From assembly GCA_038748025.1 (NCBI GenBank), contig JBCDJI010000010.1, positions 69,453 through 133,452 on the forward strand: a stretch of DNA of 64,000 bases, written 5' to 3'. The notes below the pieces were generated by a model, which saw only the letters and a program-made list of their open reading frames with translations, did not search any database and was not told the origin of the DNA. Of the stretch, positions 28,313 to 37,356 are shown in pieces. Position numbers and translations under genes: made by a program. This DNA is from Verrucomicrobiota bacterium. Lineage in GTDB: Bacteria; Verrucomicrobiota; Verrucomicrobiia; Methylacidiphilales; JBCBYL01. Numbering within the stretch: position 1 is the first letter of the stretch; every line of letters begins with the position of its first letter.

Positions 28313-28329
28313 CTGCGAAATCTGCGGAT
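27908..28329 (-). mobile_element. GxxExxY cassette 1: gene bounded by inverted arrays of 3 phased CGCAGAT heptamers
   Basis: Arm 27908..27937 is atcCGCAGATgaCGCAGATtttCGCAGATt. Arm 28300..28329 is aATCTGCGtccATCTGCGaaATCTGCGgat. The arms are in inverted orientation with 9-10 bp phasing. Confidence 0.4.
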
Positions 28330-28362
28330 TTTGTTTCTTGTAATGTGCGTTAAGATAAATTG

Positions 28363-29379
28363 ATGAGTCAACCGGAAAGCATCGACTGGATTTACCCGAC
28401 CGAACGCGGTCTCTATGTCGAGCCGGGGAATTTCTACATCGATCCGGTTCGTACGGTAGAACGAGCGATCATCAGTCACGGTCACGCCGATCATGCCCGC
28501 CCGGGAAATCAGCAAGTCTGGGCCACTCCGCAGACCATCGGTATCATGCAGGTGCGTTACCGGAAAGCAGCGGGGGATGAATTACTGGCTCAGGATTATG
28601 GCGAGTCTTTCGAAATCGGTCCGGTAAAACTCTCCTTCGCCCCCGCTGGTCATGTGCTGGGCAGTGCTCAAGTGGTATTAGATTATAATGGCACCCGCGT
28701 GGTCTATTCCGGCGACTACAAACGCAAACCGGATCCTACCTGCCAACCGTTTGAGGTGGTGCCTTGCAATATCTTCATTACCGAAGCGACCTTCGGCCTA
28801 CCGATTTTCCACAATCCGGATCCCGCAGAAGAAATCGAACGACTGATGGGGTCGATGCGACGCCTGCCGGAACGCACACATGTCGTTGGCGTCTATTCGC
28901 TGGGAAAAGCCCAACGCGTCATCGCCCTCGTACGGGAAGCGGGTTATCAGAGACCGATTTATCTGCACGGTGCTTTACAATCGTTATGCGACTATTATAT
29001 GTCCGAAGGTATCGAGCTGGGCCAACTGAAACCCGCAACCGTTGCACAGAAAGAAAGCCTCAAAGGAGCGTTGGTGCTGGCTCCCCCGTCCGCCATTCGT
29101 GAAACCTGGTCGCGCCGGCTGCATCAACCGGTTACCTGCTTTGCCTCCGGTTGGATGACGGTGCGGCAGCGGGTCAAGCAACGTAATGCCGAGCTACCAC
29201 TGAGAATATCCGATCACGCCGACTGGCCGGATCTGATGGATACGATTGAAGCCACCGGCTGCAGCGAAGTCTGGGTAACACACGGACAGGAAGACGCGCT
29301 GGTGCATGTCTGTCGTGAGCGCGGCCTGCACGCCAAGCCTTTGTCCTTGGTCGGCTTTAGCGAGGAAAGTGACGAATGA
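28363..29379 (+). CDS. Ligase-associated DNA damage response exonuclease (MBL-fold / beta-CASP)
   Basis: ISHGHADHA (HxHxDH), SGDYKR, and a C-terminal ISDHADW...WVTHG. It overlaps the ligase start by 4 nt. Confidence 0.8.
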   Translation: MSQPESIDWIYPTERGLYVEPGNFYIDPVRTVERAIISHGHADHARPGNQQVWATPQTIGIMQVRYRKAAGDELLAQDYGESFEIGPVKLSFAPAGHVLGSAQVVLDYNGTRVVYSGDYKRKPDPTCQPFEVVPCNIFITEATFGLPIFHNPDPAEEIERLMGSMRRLPERTHVVGVYSLGKAQRVIALVREAGYQRPIYLHGALQSLCDYYMSEGIELGQLKPATVAQKESLKGALVLAPPSAIRETWSRRLHQPVTCFASGWMTVRQRVKQRNAELPLRISDHADWPDLMDTIEATGCSEVWVTHGQEDALVHVCRERGLHAKPLSLVGFSEESDE

Positions 29380-31034
29380 ACCCCGGGTTCCATCAGCTGG
29401 CACAACTCATCGAACAGTTGCTGTTTTCGCCCTCGCGTAATGCCAAGCTGGCTTTGCTGGCGGAGTATTTTCATACCGCGCCGGCGCAGGATCGCGGTTA
29501 CGGGTTGGCACTGCTGACCGGAGAACTGCCATTGGATTGTGTGCGCGCCTCGCAACTGCGCAAACTGGTTACCACCAAGGTCGATGAAGAACTGTTCCGC
29601 CTCTCCTACGCTTACGTCGGGGATTTAGGCGAAACGATTGCCCTGATCTGGCCACCTGCAGAGCGGACCTCCAATGCAGGCACAACCGACTTTGCAGAGC
29701 TGATCCAGCGGATCCAGTCGCTCACCCCACTGGAGCGTTTTCCGTTTATTGATCACACGCTGGATGAACTCTCCGAAACCGAGCGCTGGGTATTTATCAA
29801 ACTGCTGACCGGATCCTCCTTGCGCATCGGGGTTTCCGCCCGACTGGCCAAGCAGGGACTGGCACAGGCGTTTGAGAAGAATGTCGATGACATCGAACGC
29901 ATCTGGAGCGCCTTCGAACCGCCGTATCCCGCGCTGTTTGACTGGCTGGAAGGTCGAACCGATGAACCCGAATTACCCGACGAGGTCTTCTTCCATCCAC
30001 CGATGCTGGCGCCACCACTGGATGAAGCGGAGTTAGAACAGATGGCTCCGAGCGACTACGCCGCCGAATGGAAATGGGATGGTATCCGGGTGCAACTGAC
30101 TGGTGATGGCGATGGCAAAGTGCGCCTCTTCTCCCGCTCCGGTGATGACATCTCTGAAGCTTTTCCGGAGATCACAGGATCATTTACCACTCGCGCGGTG
30201 GTGGATGCCGAATTACTGATCCGCCATGAATCACTCCAGGCCATGGCATCAGAGTTGCCCGGAGTCTTGCCTGACGTTGCCAGCTTTAACCAGCTGCAAC
30301 AGCGGTTAAATCGCAAGCAGATCAGTGCTCAACTGCTGGTGGATTCACCAGCTATGTTATGCTGTTACGACTTACTCTTTCAGGAAGGAGAGGACTTACG
30401 GGAATGGCGCTGGGTTGATCGCAGAACCCGGCTTGAAAGCTGGTATCAGAAAGCCAGGCTGAACCCGTTAATCTATCGGATTTCCAGTTTGTTGCCAGTT
30501 GACGGATGGAATGCACTGAACAATTTACGCCAGCAGTCCCGGGCTGCCGAAATGGAAGGGGTGATGCTCAAGCGCAAAGACAGCCGTTATCTGCCAGGCC
30601 GGCCGAAAGGGCACTGGTTCAAATGGAAGCGCGATCCTTTAAATATCGATACAGTCATGTTATACGCGCAACGTGGTCATGGCAAACGTTCGTCATATTA
30701 TTCGGATTACACGTTTGGAGTATGGTGTCACACCGGAGACGCGGCACCGGAACTGGTGCCCGTAGGCAAAGCCTATTCCGGGTTTACCGATGAGGAGCTG
30801 GTCCGGCTGGACCAGTGGATCCGCCAGCATACCACCGAACGTTACGGTGCCTCGGTCCGGGCAGTGGAACCGGAACTGGTGCTGGAAGTCATTTTCGATG
30901 ATCTCCGGGTCTCCGGGCGACACCGCTCCGGAGTCGCCATGCGTTTTCCCCGGATCCACCGTATTCGATGGGACAAGCCTGCTGCCGAAGCGGGTACACT
31001 GGCCGAGCTGCGCCAACTGGGCGGAATAAAATAA
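29376..31034 (+). CDS. ATP-dependent DNA ligase (ligase-associated damage response type)
   Basis: The adenylation motif I is AEWKWDGIR (KxDG), followed by EGVMLKR, WFKWK, and an OB-fold C-terminus. 552 aa. Confidence 0.85.
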   Translation: MNPGFHQLAQLIEQLLFSPSRNAKLALLAEYFHTAPAQDRGYGLALLTGELPLDCVRASQLRKLVTTKVDEELFRLSYAYVGDLGETIALIWPPAERTSNAGTTDFAELIQRIQSLTPLERFPFIDHTLDELSETERWVFIKLLTGSSLRIGVSARLAKQGLAQAFEKNVDDIERIWSAFEPPYPALFDWLEGRTDEPELPDEVFFHPPMLAPPLDEAELEQMAPSDYAAEWKWDGIRVQLTGDGDGKVRLFSRSGDDISEAFPEITGSFTTRAVVDAELLIRHESLQAMASELPGVLPDVASFNQLQQRLNRKQISAQLLVDSPAMLCCYDLLFQEGEDLREWRWVDRRTRLESWYQKARLNPLIYRISSLLPVDGWNALNNLRQQSRAAEMEGVMLKRKDSRYLPGRPKGHWFKWKRDPLNIDTVMLYAQRGHGKRSSYYSDYTFGVWCHTGDAAPELVPVGKAYSGFTDEELVRLDQWIRQHTTERYGASVRAVEPELVLEVIFDDLRVSGRHRSGVAMRFPRIHRIRWDKPAAEAGTLAELRQLGGIK

Positions 31035-31081
31035 AATTTTCAAATGGTTGATCCCTGAGGGATTCACCGTATGGTTCCGTG

Positions 31082-32347
31082 ATGAGTGAACAACCCCATG
31101 TGGTCATTTTAGGTGGTGGATTTGGTGGACTGGAGGCAGCCAAAAAACTGGAGGACGCTGATTGCACCATAACCCTGGTTGATCGCAATAATCACCATCT
31201 TTTCCAACCTCTGCTCTACCAGGTCGCTACCGCTGGTCTATCCCAGCCTGAGATTGCCAGCCCAATCCGTTCTGAACTGAGAACAGGCCATAATACCAGC
31301 ATCCGGATGGATGAAGTAACCGCAGTGGATTTACCCAACCGCACCGTTAAGCTGAAGAAAGGTGATATTTCCTATGATTTTCTAGTTATCGCGCTGGGTG
31401 CTGAAAACGGATACTTTGGAAACGACCACTGGGCAGATTACACGCTGGGTTTAAAATCGCTGGATCAGGCTATCGCCATTCGCCGCAATGTGCTTTACGC
31501 CTATGAAAAAGCGGAAATGTGTGCAGACCCCGAAGAACAAAAACGTCTGATGACTACTGTGGTGGTAGGCGGTGGTCCAACGGGAGTAGAGATGGCAGGA
31601 GCTCTGATCGAACTGGCCCGTCATGTCATTAACCGGGACTTCCGCAACATCGATCCACTGGAAACCCGGGTCATCCTGATTGAAGCCAGTCCTAAAATTT
31701 TAGGCCAGTTTTCCGATCCACTTCCGGAAAAGGCAAAAAAAGCGCTCGAAGAAATGGGGGTAGAAGTTCGCGTCAACACCCCCGTCAAAGACATTCGGGA
31801 AGGTGAAGTAATTCTGGAAAATGAAACTATACAGGCTACGAGCATTATCTGGGGGGCGGGTGTCCAGGCGCCCAAGTTGACCCGAGACATGGATGTTCCT
31901 TTAGACCGTGGTGGTCGAATCCTGATTGAACCGGACTGCTCGCTGCCCAGTCATCCAAATGTTTTTGCAATCGGTGACATTGTCTCACTAACGGATGCAC
32001 GGGGTAAAAGAGTGCCAGGCGTTTCTCCGGCGGCGATTCAGATGGGAGATTATGTTGCGGAGATTATCCGCAGGGAAGTCGCCAGCGGTGAAAAATCACG
32101 TCGCACGCCATTTGTTTATTTCGATAAGGGCAGCATGGCCACCATCGGTCGCTCGCAGGCCATTGCCGAACTAGGTCCCATGAAAATGACCGGCTTCCTG
32201 GCATGGCTGATGTGGTTGGCGGTTCACCTGCTGTTTCTGATCGGCTTTCGTAATAAAGTTGCCGTGCTGGTGCAGTGGTTCTATGCCTACATCCGGTATA
32301 AGCACGGTGCCCGGATCATTACCGGATTGCAGACAGATCCGGCTTGA
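31082..32347 (+). CDS. ndh: Type II NADH:quinone oxidoreductase (NDH-2)
   Basis: VVILGGGFGGLEAAKKL and VVVGGGPTGVEMAGAL dinucleotide folds, and AIGD. A C-terminal membrane anchor helix is present. Confidence 0.8.
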   Translation: MSEQPHVVILGGGFGGLEAAKKLEDADCTITLVDRNNHHLFQPLLYQVATAGLSQPEIASPIRSELRTGHNTSIRMDEVTAVDLPNRTVKLKKGDISYDFLVIALGAENGYFGNDHWADYTLGLKSLDQAIAIRRNVLYAYEKAEMCADPEEQKRLMTTVVVGGGPTGVEMAGALIELARHVINRDFRNIDPLETRVILIEASPKILGQFSDPLPEKAKKALEEMGVEVRVNTPVKDIREGEVILENETIQATSIIWGAGVQAPKLTRDMDVPLDRGGRILIEPDCSLPSHPNVFAIGDIVSLTDARGKRVPGVSPAAIQMGDYVAEIIRREVASGEKSRRTPFVYFDKGSMATIGRSQAIAELGPMKMTGFLAWLMWLAVHLLFLIGFRNKVAVLVQWFYAYIRYKHGARIITGLQTDPA

Positions 32348-32390
32348 TCTTAAGCCTGAATTCAATACTCCATAACGACGTCATATCGGT

Positions 32391-32591
32391 ATGACGCTAA
32401 AAAATGGATTATTCTTTCTGTCCTGGTTTGGAAGTGTGGCGGTTTTTTCCGGCTGCTATGCACACTCATCCCACTATTCGGCTGCCTATGGTTATTACGA
32501 ACCTGCCTACGTCGAAGAAGTTTATGTAGTCAAACCGGTCGCTCACTACCGCGGCTACGGTCATCACCGGTATGGCAGACATTGTTATTAA
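32391..32591 (+). CDS. Small Tyr/His/Gly-rich putative lipoprotein
   Basis: 66 aa with a lipobox-like VFSGC after a signal sequence. Confidence 0.35.
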   Translation: MTLKNGLFFLSWFGSVAVFSGCYAHSSHYSAAYGYYEPAYVEEVYVVKPVAHYRGYGHHRYGRHCY

Positions 32592-32664
32592 CGCTGAGGC
32601 GGCAGGATGCTGAGTATTAATATTTCAGAACTTGCGGCTGCTCAATGAGCTTTAAACGTCTGCA

Positions 32665-35600
32665 TTAAAATGATTTGCACAATGCTTTAGCGGTTTCGAA
32701 GGCGGCAGGGATACCGGATGGGTTCGTGCCTCCGCCCTGAGCCATTTCGGGACGTCCTCCACCCTTGCCGCCGACATACGGCCCCATAGCTTTGATCACA
32801 TCACCGGCTTTCACCGTTTTCACATAGTCAGGTGATACCGATACGGCCAGTGCTACCCGCTCATTCGCATCACCTGCCAGAACGGCCACACCGTTAAAGT
32901 GTTTTTTCAACTCACCTAATACCACTTGCAGGAACTTGCCATCACCCCCTGCAATGTGCTGAATCAGCACTGGAATGCTGCCGGAATAATCCGCTTGCCG
33001 GGCCCATTCCGGCGCTAACGTTGCCGCCTGGCTCAACAACTCCGACTGTTTGGCTTTGGCCTGGTCTTTTTCCCATTGCTTGATTTCCTCGCGCAGCTGT
33101 TCAATGACATCACGGTTTCCGCTCAGCGCATCCCACCCCACTTGCACCATTTCTTCATCCCAGCGGGTCAGAGACAGTTTAGTGTCCGACTTTTTGGATT
33201 TGAGTTGTTCGTACACGGCGGCCACCTTTTCCTGCTCGTTGAGCAGGTAAGGTCGTAAGGCGTCCCCACAAATCGCTTCGATACGGCGGACGCCAGCGGC
33301 GATGGCTCCTTCATGCACCAATCGGAACGGGCCGATACCCAGTGTACTATCGACATGCGTGCCACCGCACAGTTCCCTGGAAAAGCCGCCGATATCGACT
33401 ACCCGAACCGTCTCCCCGTATTTGTCACCGAAGAACTGGATAATATCAGGATCATGCTTTACCTCCGCATAGGGACGATTATACCACTGAATGCCGGCAT
33501 CGTGCAGGATACGGTCATTCACCAGCTCCCCGACCTTGTCTATCTCATCCGGCTTCATGGCTTCGATGTGTGAAAAGTCAAAACGCAGACGGTCCGAACC
33601 GACGTAGGAACCTTTCTGTTGGACCGTGTTTCCCAAAACTTCACGCAACGCCCAGCCCAGCAGGTGAGTGGCGGAATGGTGCGATTCAATCAGGTGCCGG
33701 CGCCCGGCATCCACACTGGCTTTCAACGGGAAGGAGATATCCTCCAGCATACCGACATCCTCAGTGATGGCGGCGATAGATTCATCGGTGGATTTCTGCG
33801 TGTCGATGATTTCGATCTTCTGACCACCGAACTCAAGCCATCCCGTGTCGCCCAGCTGACCACCCATTTCCCCGTAGAACGGAGTCGGTGAGAGATAGAG
33901 TCGCGCGGTGACCGTGCCGCCCTCTTCAGCCGGCATATCCAGAATGAAGTTGCATACCTCGACATTTACATCAGCTTTGTTTTCAAAACCGACGAACTCG
34001 GTCGGAATCAGGTTTTCCTCCGTTTTATCTTTGACTGAAATCACTGATTTTTTCTGTGCTGCCTTGGATCGTTCACGCTGTTCGGTCATGCACTGTTCAA
34101 AACCGGCGACGTCTACAGCGATACCACGCTCACGCGCCATCAGCTCGGTCAGATCTAGCGGGAATCCGTAGGTATCGAAGAGTTTGAAGGCATCTTCACC
34201 TGAAACTATAGGCTTCTGGCTCGTGTATTTTTTCCAGGCGCCATTGCGTAATTCATCGAATGTATATTTAGCTATAAACTCGGATTTTCCATCATCCGTT
34301 TGTTTGTGAATACGCATACTGTTGTACTCAACCTCTTCCGGAATCTCTTCGTCCTCCCCAAGCCATACCGCATTACTACCATGAGACTGTAGAAAACCAT
34401 CTTTATGCAACTGTGTGACAATTGCATTCGAGAATATTTTATTATCAAACAGGCTAATTCCTTTATCCAATGTCTTGGAAAAGCTCTGTTCCTCAGCCTT
34501 GATAACTTTTTCAACCGTGGCCTGATTGCTACGCAGCTCCGGGAACACATCCCCCATTTCATCGGCGATGGTGCCGACGAGTTGGTAGAAGAAGAGATCA
34601 TGGAATCCGAGCTGGCGACCATAACGCACAGCCCGACGCAGAATGCGGCGCAGCACATACCCGCGCCCTTCATTGGAGGGCAGGATGCCGTCGGCGATGG
34701 AACAGCTCAACGTGCGAATGTGGTCGGCAATGACTCGCATCGCTATATCAATTTCGAATTTCGAATTTCGAATTTCGAAATCAGGCCCTTCAGCTTCAAT
34801 ATCTTCCAGCAAAGTGGATGAGTAGGTTTTCCCGGATAATTCCTCGATCTTACTGAAGATCGGGGCGAACACATCGGTATCGTAATTGGAGACCTGCTTG
34901 GAGAAATCAGTGAAATTCTTAGTGCCCTGCATAATCGAGCACACACGCTCAAAACCCATTCCGGTGTCGACGTGGCAGGCAGGCAGGTTTTTGAAGCTGC
35001 CATCCGGATGGGCATTGAACTGGATGAAGACCAGATTCCAGATCTCGATGCAGCGGGCATCGTCGGCATTCACCAGTGAGCCTTTGGTGTCGCCGTCCGG
35101 CGTCAGATCCATGTGCACTTCCGAGCAGGGACCGCAGGGGCCGGTGTCTCCCATCATCCAGAAGTTGTCCTTCTTGTTGCCATAGACGATGTGCACAGCC
35201 GGATCCAGTCCAGCATCCTCGAGGATCTTTTTCCAGATGTCGTAAGCTTCCTGGTCGAAATCTGCCGGATCCCCTTCGCCCGGTTTATAGACCGTGGCGT
35301 AGAGCCGCTCTTTCGGCAGTTTCCAGCGTTCGGTCAGCAGTTCCCACGCCCATTCGATGGCTTCCTGTTTGAAATAATCGCCGAATGACCAGTTGCCCAG
35401 CATTTCAAAGAAGGTATGGTGATAGGTATCCATCCCGACATCTTCGAGGTCGTTGTGTTTGCCTCCGGCGCGGATACATTTCTGGGTATCGGCAGCGCGG
35501 GGGGGATCATAAGGGCAGGGCTGTTCGTTGAGAAAGATCGGCACGAACTGGTTCATTCCGGCGTTGGTGAAGAGCAGGCCGGGAGAATCCGGCATCAATG

Positions 35601-35676
35601 ATGCGGAGGCCACCATGGTGTGCTGCTTTTCTTGGAAGAAATCCAGAAAGCTCTGTCGAATATCTGCCGAAGTCAT
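32665..35676 (-). CDS. alaS: Alanine--tRNA ligase (unusually long, 1003 aa)
   Basis: FTNAGMNQF, KCIRAGGKHNDLEDVG, HHTFFEMLGNWSFGDYF, the editing-domain HSATHLL...CGGTH, and a C-terminal DHHA1-like GGGRPEMAQGGG. Confidence 0.95.
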   Translation of the reverse strand: MTSADIRQSFLDFFQEKQHTMVASASLMPDSPGLLFTNAGMNQFVPIFLNEQPCPYDPPRAADTQKCIRAGGKHNDLEDVGMDTYHHTFFEMLGNWSFGDYFKQEAIEWAWELLTERWKLPKERLYATVYKPGEGDPADFDQEAYDIWKKILEDAGLDPAVHIVYGNKKDNFWMMGDTGPCGPCSEVHMDLTPDGDTKGSLVNADDARCIEIWNLVFIQFNAHPDGSFKNLPACHVDTGMGFERVCSIMQGTKNFTDFSKQVSNYDTDVFAPIFSKIEELSGKTYSSTLLEDIEAEGPDFEIRNSKFEIDIAMRVIADHIRTLSCSIADGILPSNEGRGYVLRRILRRAVRYGRQLGFHDLFFYQLVGTIADEMGDVFPELRSNQATVEKVIKAEEQSFSKTLDKGISLFDNKIFSNAIVTQLHKDGFLQSHGSNAVWLGEDEEIPEEVEYNSMRIHKQTDDGKSEFIAKYTFDELRNGAWKKYTSQKPIVSGEDAFKLFDTYGFPLDLTELMARERGIAVDVAGFEQCMTEQRERSKAAQKKSVISVKDKTEENLIPTEFVGFENKADVNVEVCNFILDMPAEEGGTVTARLYLSPTPFYGEMGGQLGDTGWLEFGGQKIEIIDTQKSTDESIAAITEDVGMLEDISFPLKASVDAGRRHLIESHHSATHLLGWALREVLGNTVQQKGSYVGSDRLRFDFSHIEAMKPDEIDKVGELVNDRILHDAGIQWYNRPYAEVKHDPDIIQFFGDKYGETVRVVDIGGFSRELCGGTHVDSTLGIGPFRLVHEGAIAAGVRRIEAICGDALRPYLLNEQEKVAAVYEQLKSKKSDTKLSLTRWDEEMVQVGWDALSGNRDVIEQLREEIKQWEKDQAKAKQSELLSQAATLAPEWARQADYSGSIPVLIQHIAGGDGKFLQVVLGELKKHFNGVAVLAGDANERVALAVSVSPDYVKTVKAGDVIKAMGPYVGGKGGGRPEMAQGGGTNPSGIPAAFETAKALCKSF
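34751..34778. repeat. Perfect heptanucleotide tandem repeat (ATTTCGA)x4 inside the alaS coding sequence
   Basis: atttcgaatttcgaatttcgaatttcga encodes DFEIRNSKFEI on the minus strand. Confidence 0.95.
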
Positions 35677-35751
35677 AGATTACCTGTTCTTTTTACGGAC
35701 CATAAAAGATGGAACAGTAATGAATAATTCGGAGGTGACAACCCTGTTCCG

Positions 35752-37356
35752 CTATCTGGTCATCTGGGTTTGAACGAGACTTTCAATATGATTGCGTAAG
35801 ACACTTAACTTACAGGGCTTGTGTAGGATCAGGTCTACATTTTGTCTTTCGAGAGTCCTTTTTTTAGATTCGTCCAGATATCCGGTCATCATGATAATCG
35901 GAATTTTTTGGGAATACTTACGAATACAACCAATAAATTTTTCCCCGTTCATCTTCGGCATAGAAAAATCCGTGATTACCACATCATACTTTTCTTTAGC
36001 GAACTTAGTGATTCCCTCCACTCCATCACCTGCAAAATCAAAATTCATGCCCACTGCGTTCAGATATATCTGCATGGCCGTTCTGATTTTTTTTTCGTCT
36101 TCTACCAATAGCACCCGTATCGGACGACCCCTGGCAACCTCGGATCTCGCATCATCCGAAGACCAGCTGTCTGCGCATAACTCTTTTGCGGTAAGAGGAA
36201 AGTCGATACGGAATACCGTGCCCAGATCGATTTTGGATCGCACGCTGATTTCCGCTTTGTGCCGTTCCACAATTCCATATACGGATGACAGCCCCAACCC
36301 GCAGCCCCCCGTCATATCGCTACTCATTTTTTTGGTGCTAAAAAACGGCTCAAAACATTTTTGAGCTTCTCGTGCAGTCATTCCTATTCCATCATCTGAA
36401 ACTTCCAGGATGACCCTGTCATTTTTCACTGTAGTTGAGACGTTAATGGTTCCACTTCTATGGATAGCATCTGTCGCATTGAAGAGTAAATTGGTGATCA
36501 TCTCGCGGATTTCAGATTTAGATCCGAGGATTCTGGCTGCTGGATCCAGATTGAGCGTGACACTTATCTTTCGCCCTTCAGCCAGCGACTGATCCTTCCA
36601 TCTCGGGCGTGTCACCTGAAACACTTCCTGGATGCTTTCATTTATATCGATAGGTATATGTGAATCATCTGATTTCTTATCATCACTGAAACGCGACAAC
36701 CTCTTTGCCACCTCAGATGCATCGGAGGTCATCATCAGAACATTCTTAAGCATTTTGCCGGTGTCCTCTTCAGACAGTTTCAACTTCTGCGAATCCAGCA
36801 GAAGCTCCACGTTGGCCTGTATCGCTGCCAGGGCATTGTTGAAGTCATGTGCGATTCCGCTCGCCATCTGCCCGACCGCCTCGAGTCTTTCTTTTTGTAC
36901 CAGCCGGTCCTGGGCACCCTTCAGTTTTTGCATGGCTTCATTGAGTTCTGCATTCGACTCCACCAACTCTCTTTCTTTGATCATGCGTTTATTCGCATAG
37001 AGAATGGACCTTTTAAGCATGTCAATCGTCAGTGTTCCTTTGATCAGATAGTCATGTGCACCCAGTTCAAGCGCACTTTGGCTCACTTCCTCACTGTTAT
37101 CTCCGGTGAGCACAATGAGTATGGTATTGGATCCTCGGATTTTTTTTCTGAGCCTTGCAACAGACTGCGTTCCCGCGCTGTCCGGCAAGCCTAAATCCAG
37201 CAAGATAAGCTCATAACAGCCTTCTTCCAACAGCTGTTCCGCTTCCGACAAGGAAGTAGCCCGGCCCTTAACCTGATAATCCAAATCAATGCAATCAATC
37301 AGACGACTAACAATTTTTGCATCAATGGCAATATCTTCAATAACCAGGACATTCAT
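35752..37356 (-). CDS. Hybrid two-component protein REC-HisKA-HATPase-REC
   Basis: N-terminal receiver (ILLDLGLPD). H-box SGIAHDFNNAL. N/G boxes NLLFNATDA, DDGIGM, GLGLSSV. C-terminal receiver (VITDFSMPKMNG). Confidence 0.8.
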   Translation of the reverse strand: MNVLVIEDIAIDAKIVSRLIDCIDLDYQVKGRATSLSEAEQLLEEGCYELILLDLGLPDSAGTQSVARLRKKIRGSNTILIVLTGDNSEEVSQSALELGAHDYLIKGTLTIDMLKRSILYANKRMIKERELVESNAELNEAMQKLKGAQDRLVQKERLEAVGQMASGIAHDFNNALAAIQANVELLLDSQKLKLSEEDTGKMLKNVLMMTSDASEVAKRLSRFSDDKKSDDSHIPIDINESIQEVFQVTRPRWKDQSLAEGRKISVTLNLDPAARILGSKSEIREMITNLLFNATDAIHRSGTINVSTTVKNDRVILEVSDDGIGMTAREAQKCFEPFFSTKKMSSDMTGGCGLGLSSVYGIVERHKAEISVRSKIDLGTVFRIDFPLTAKELCADSWSSDDARSEVARGRPIRVLLVEDEKKIRTAMQIYLNAVGMNFDFAGDGVEGITKFAKEKYDVVITDFSMPKMNGEKFIGCIRKYSQKIPIIMMTGYLDESKKRTLERQNVDLILHKPCKLSVLRNHIESLVQTQMTR

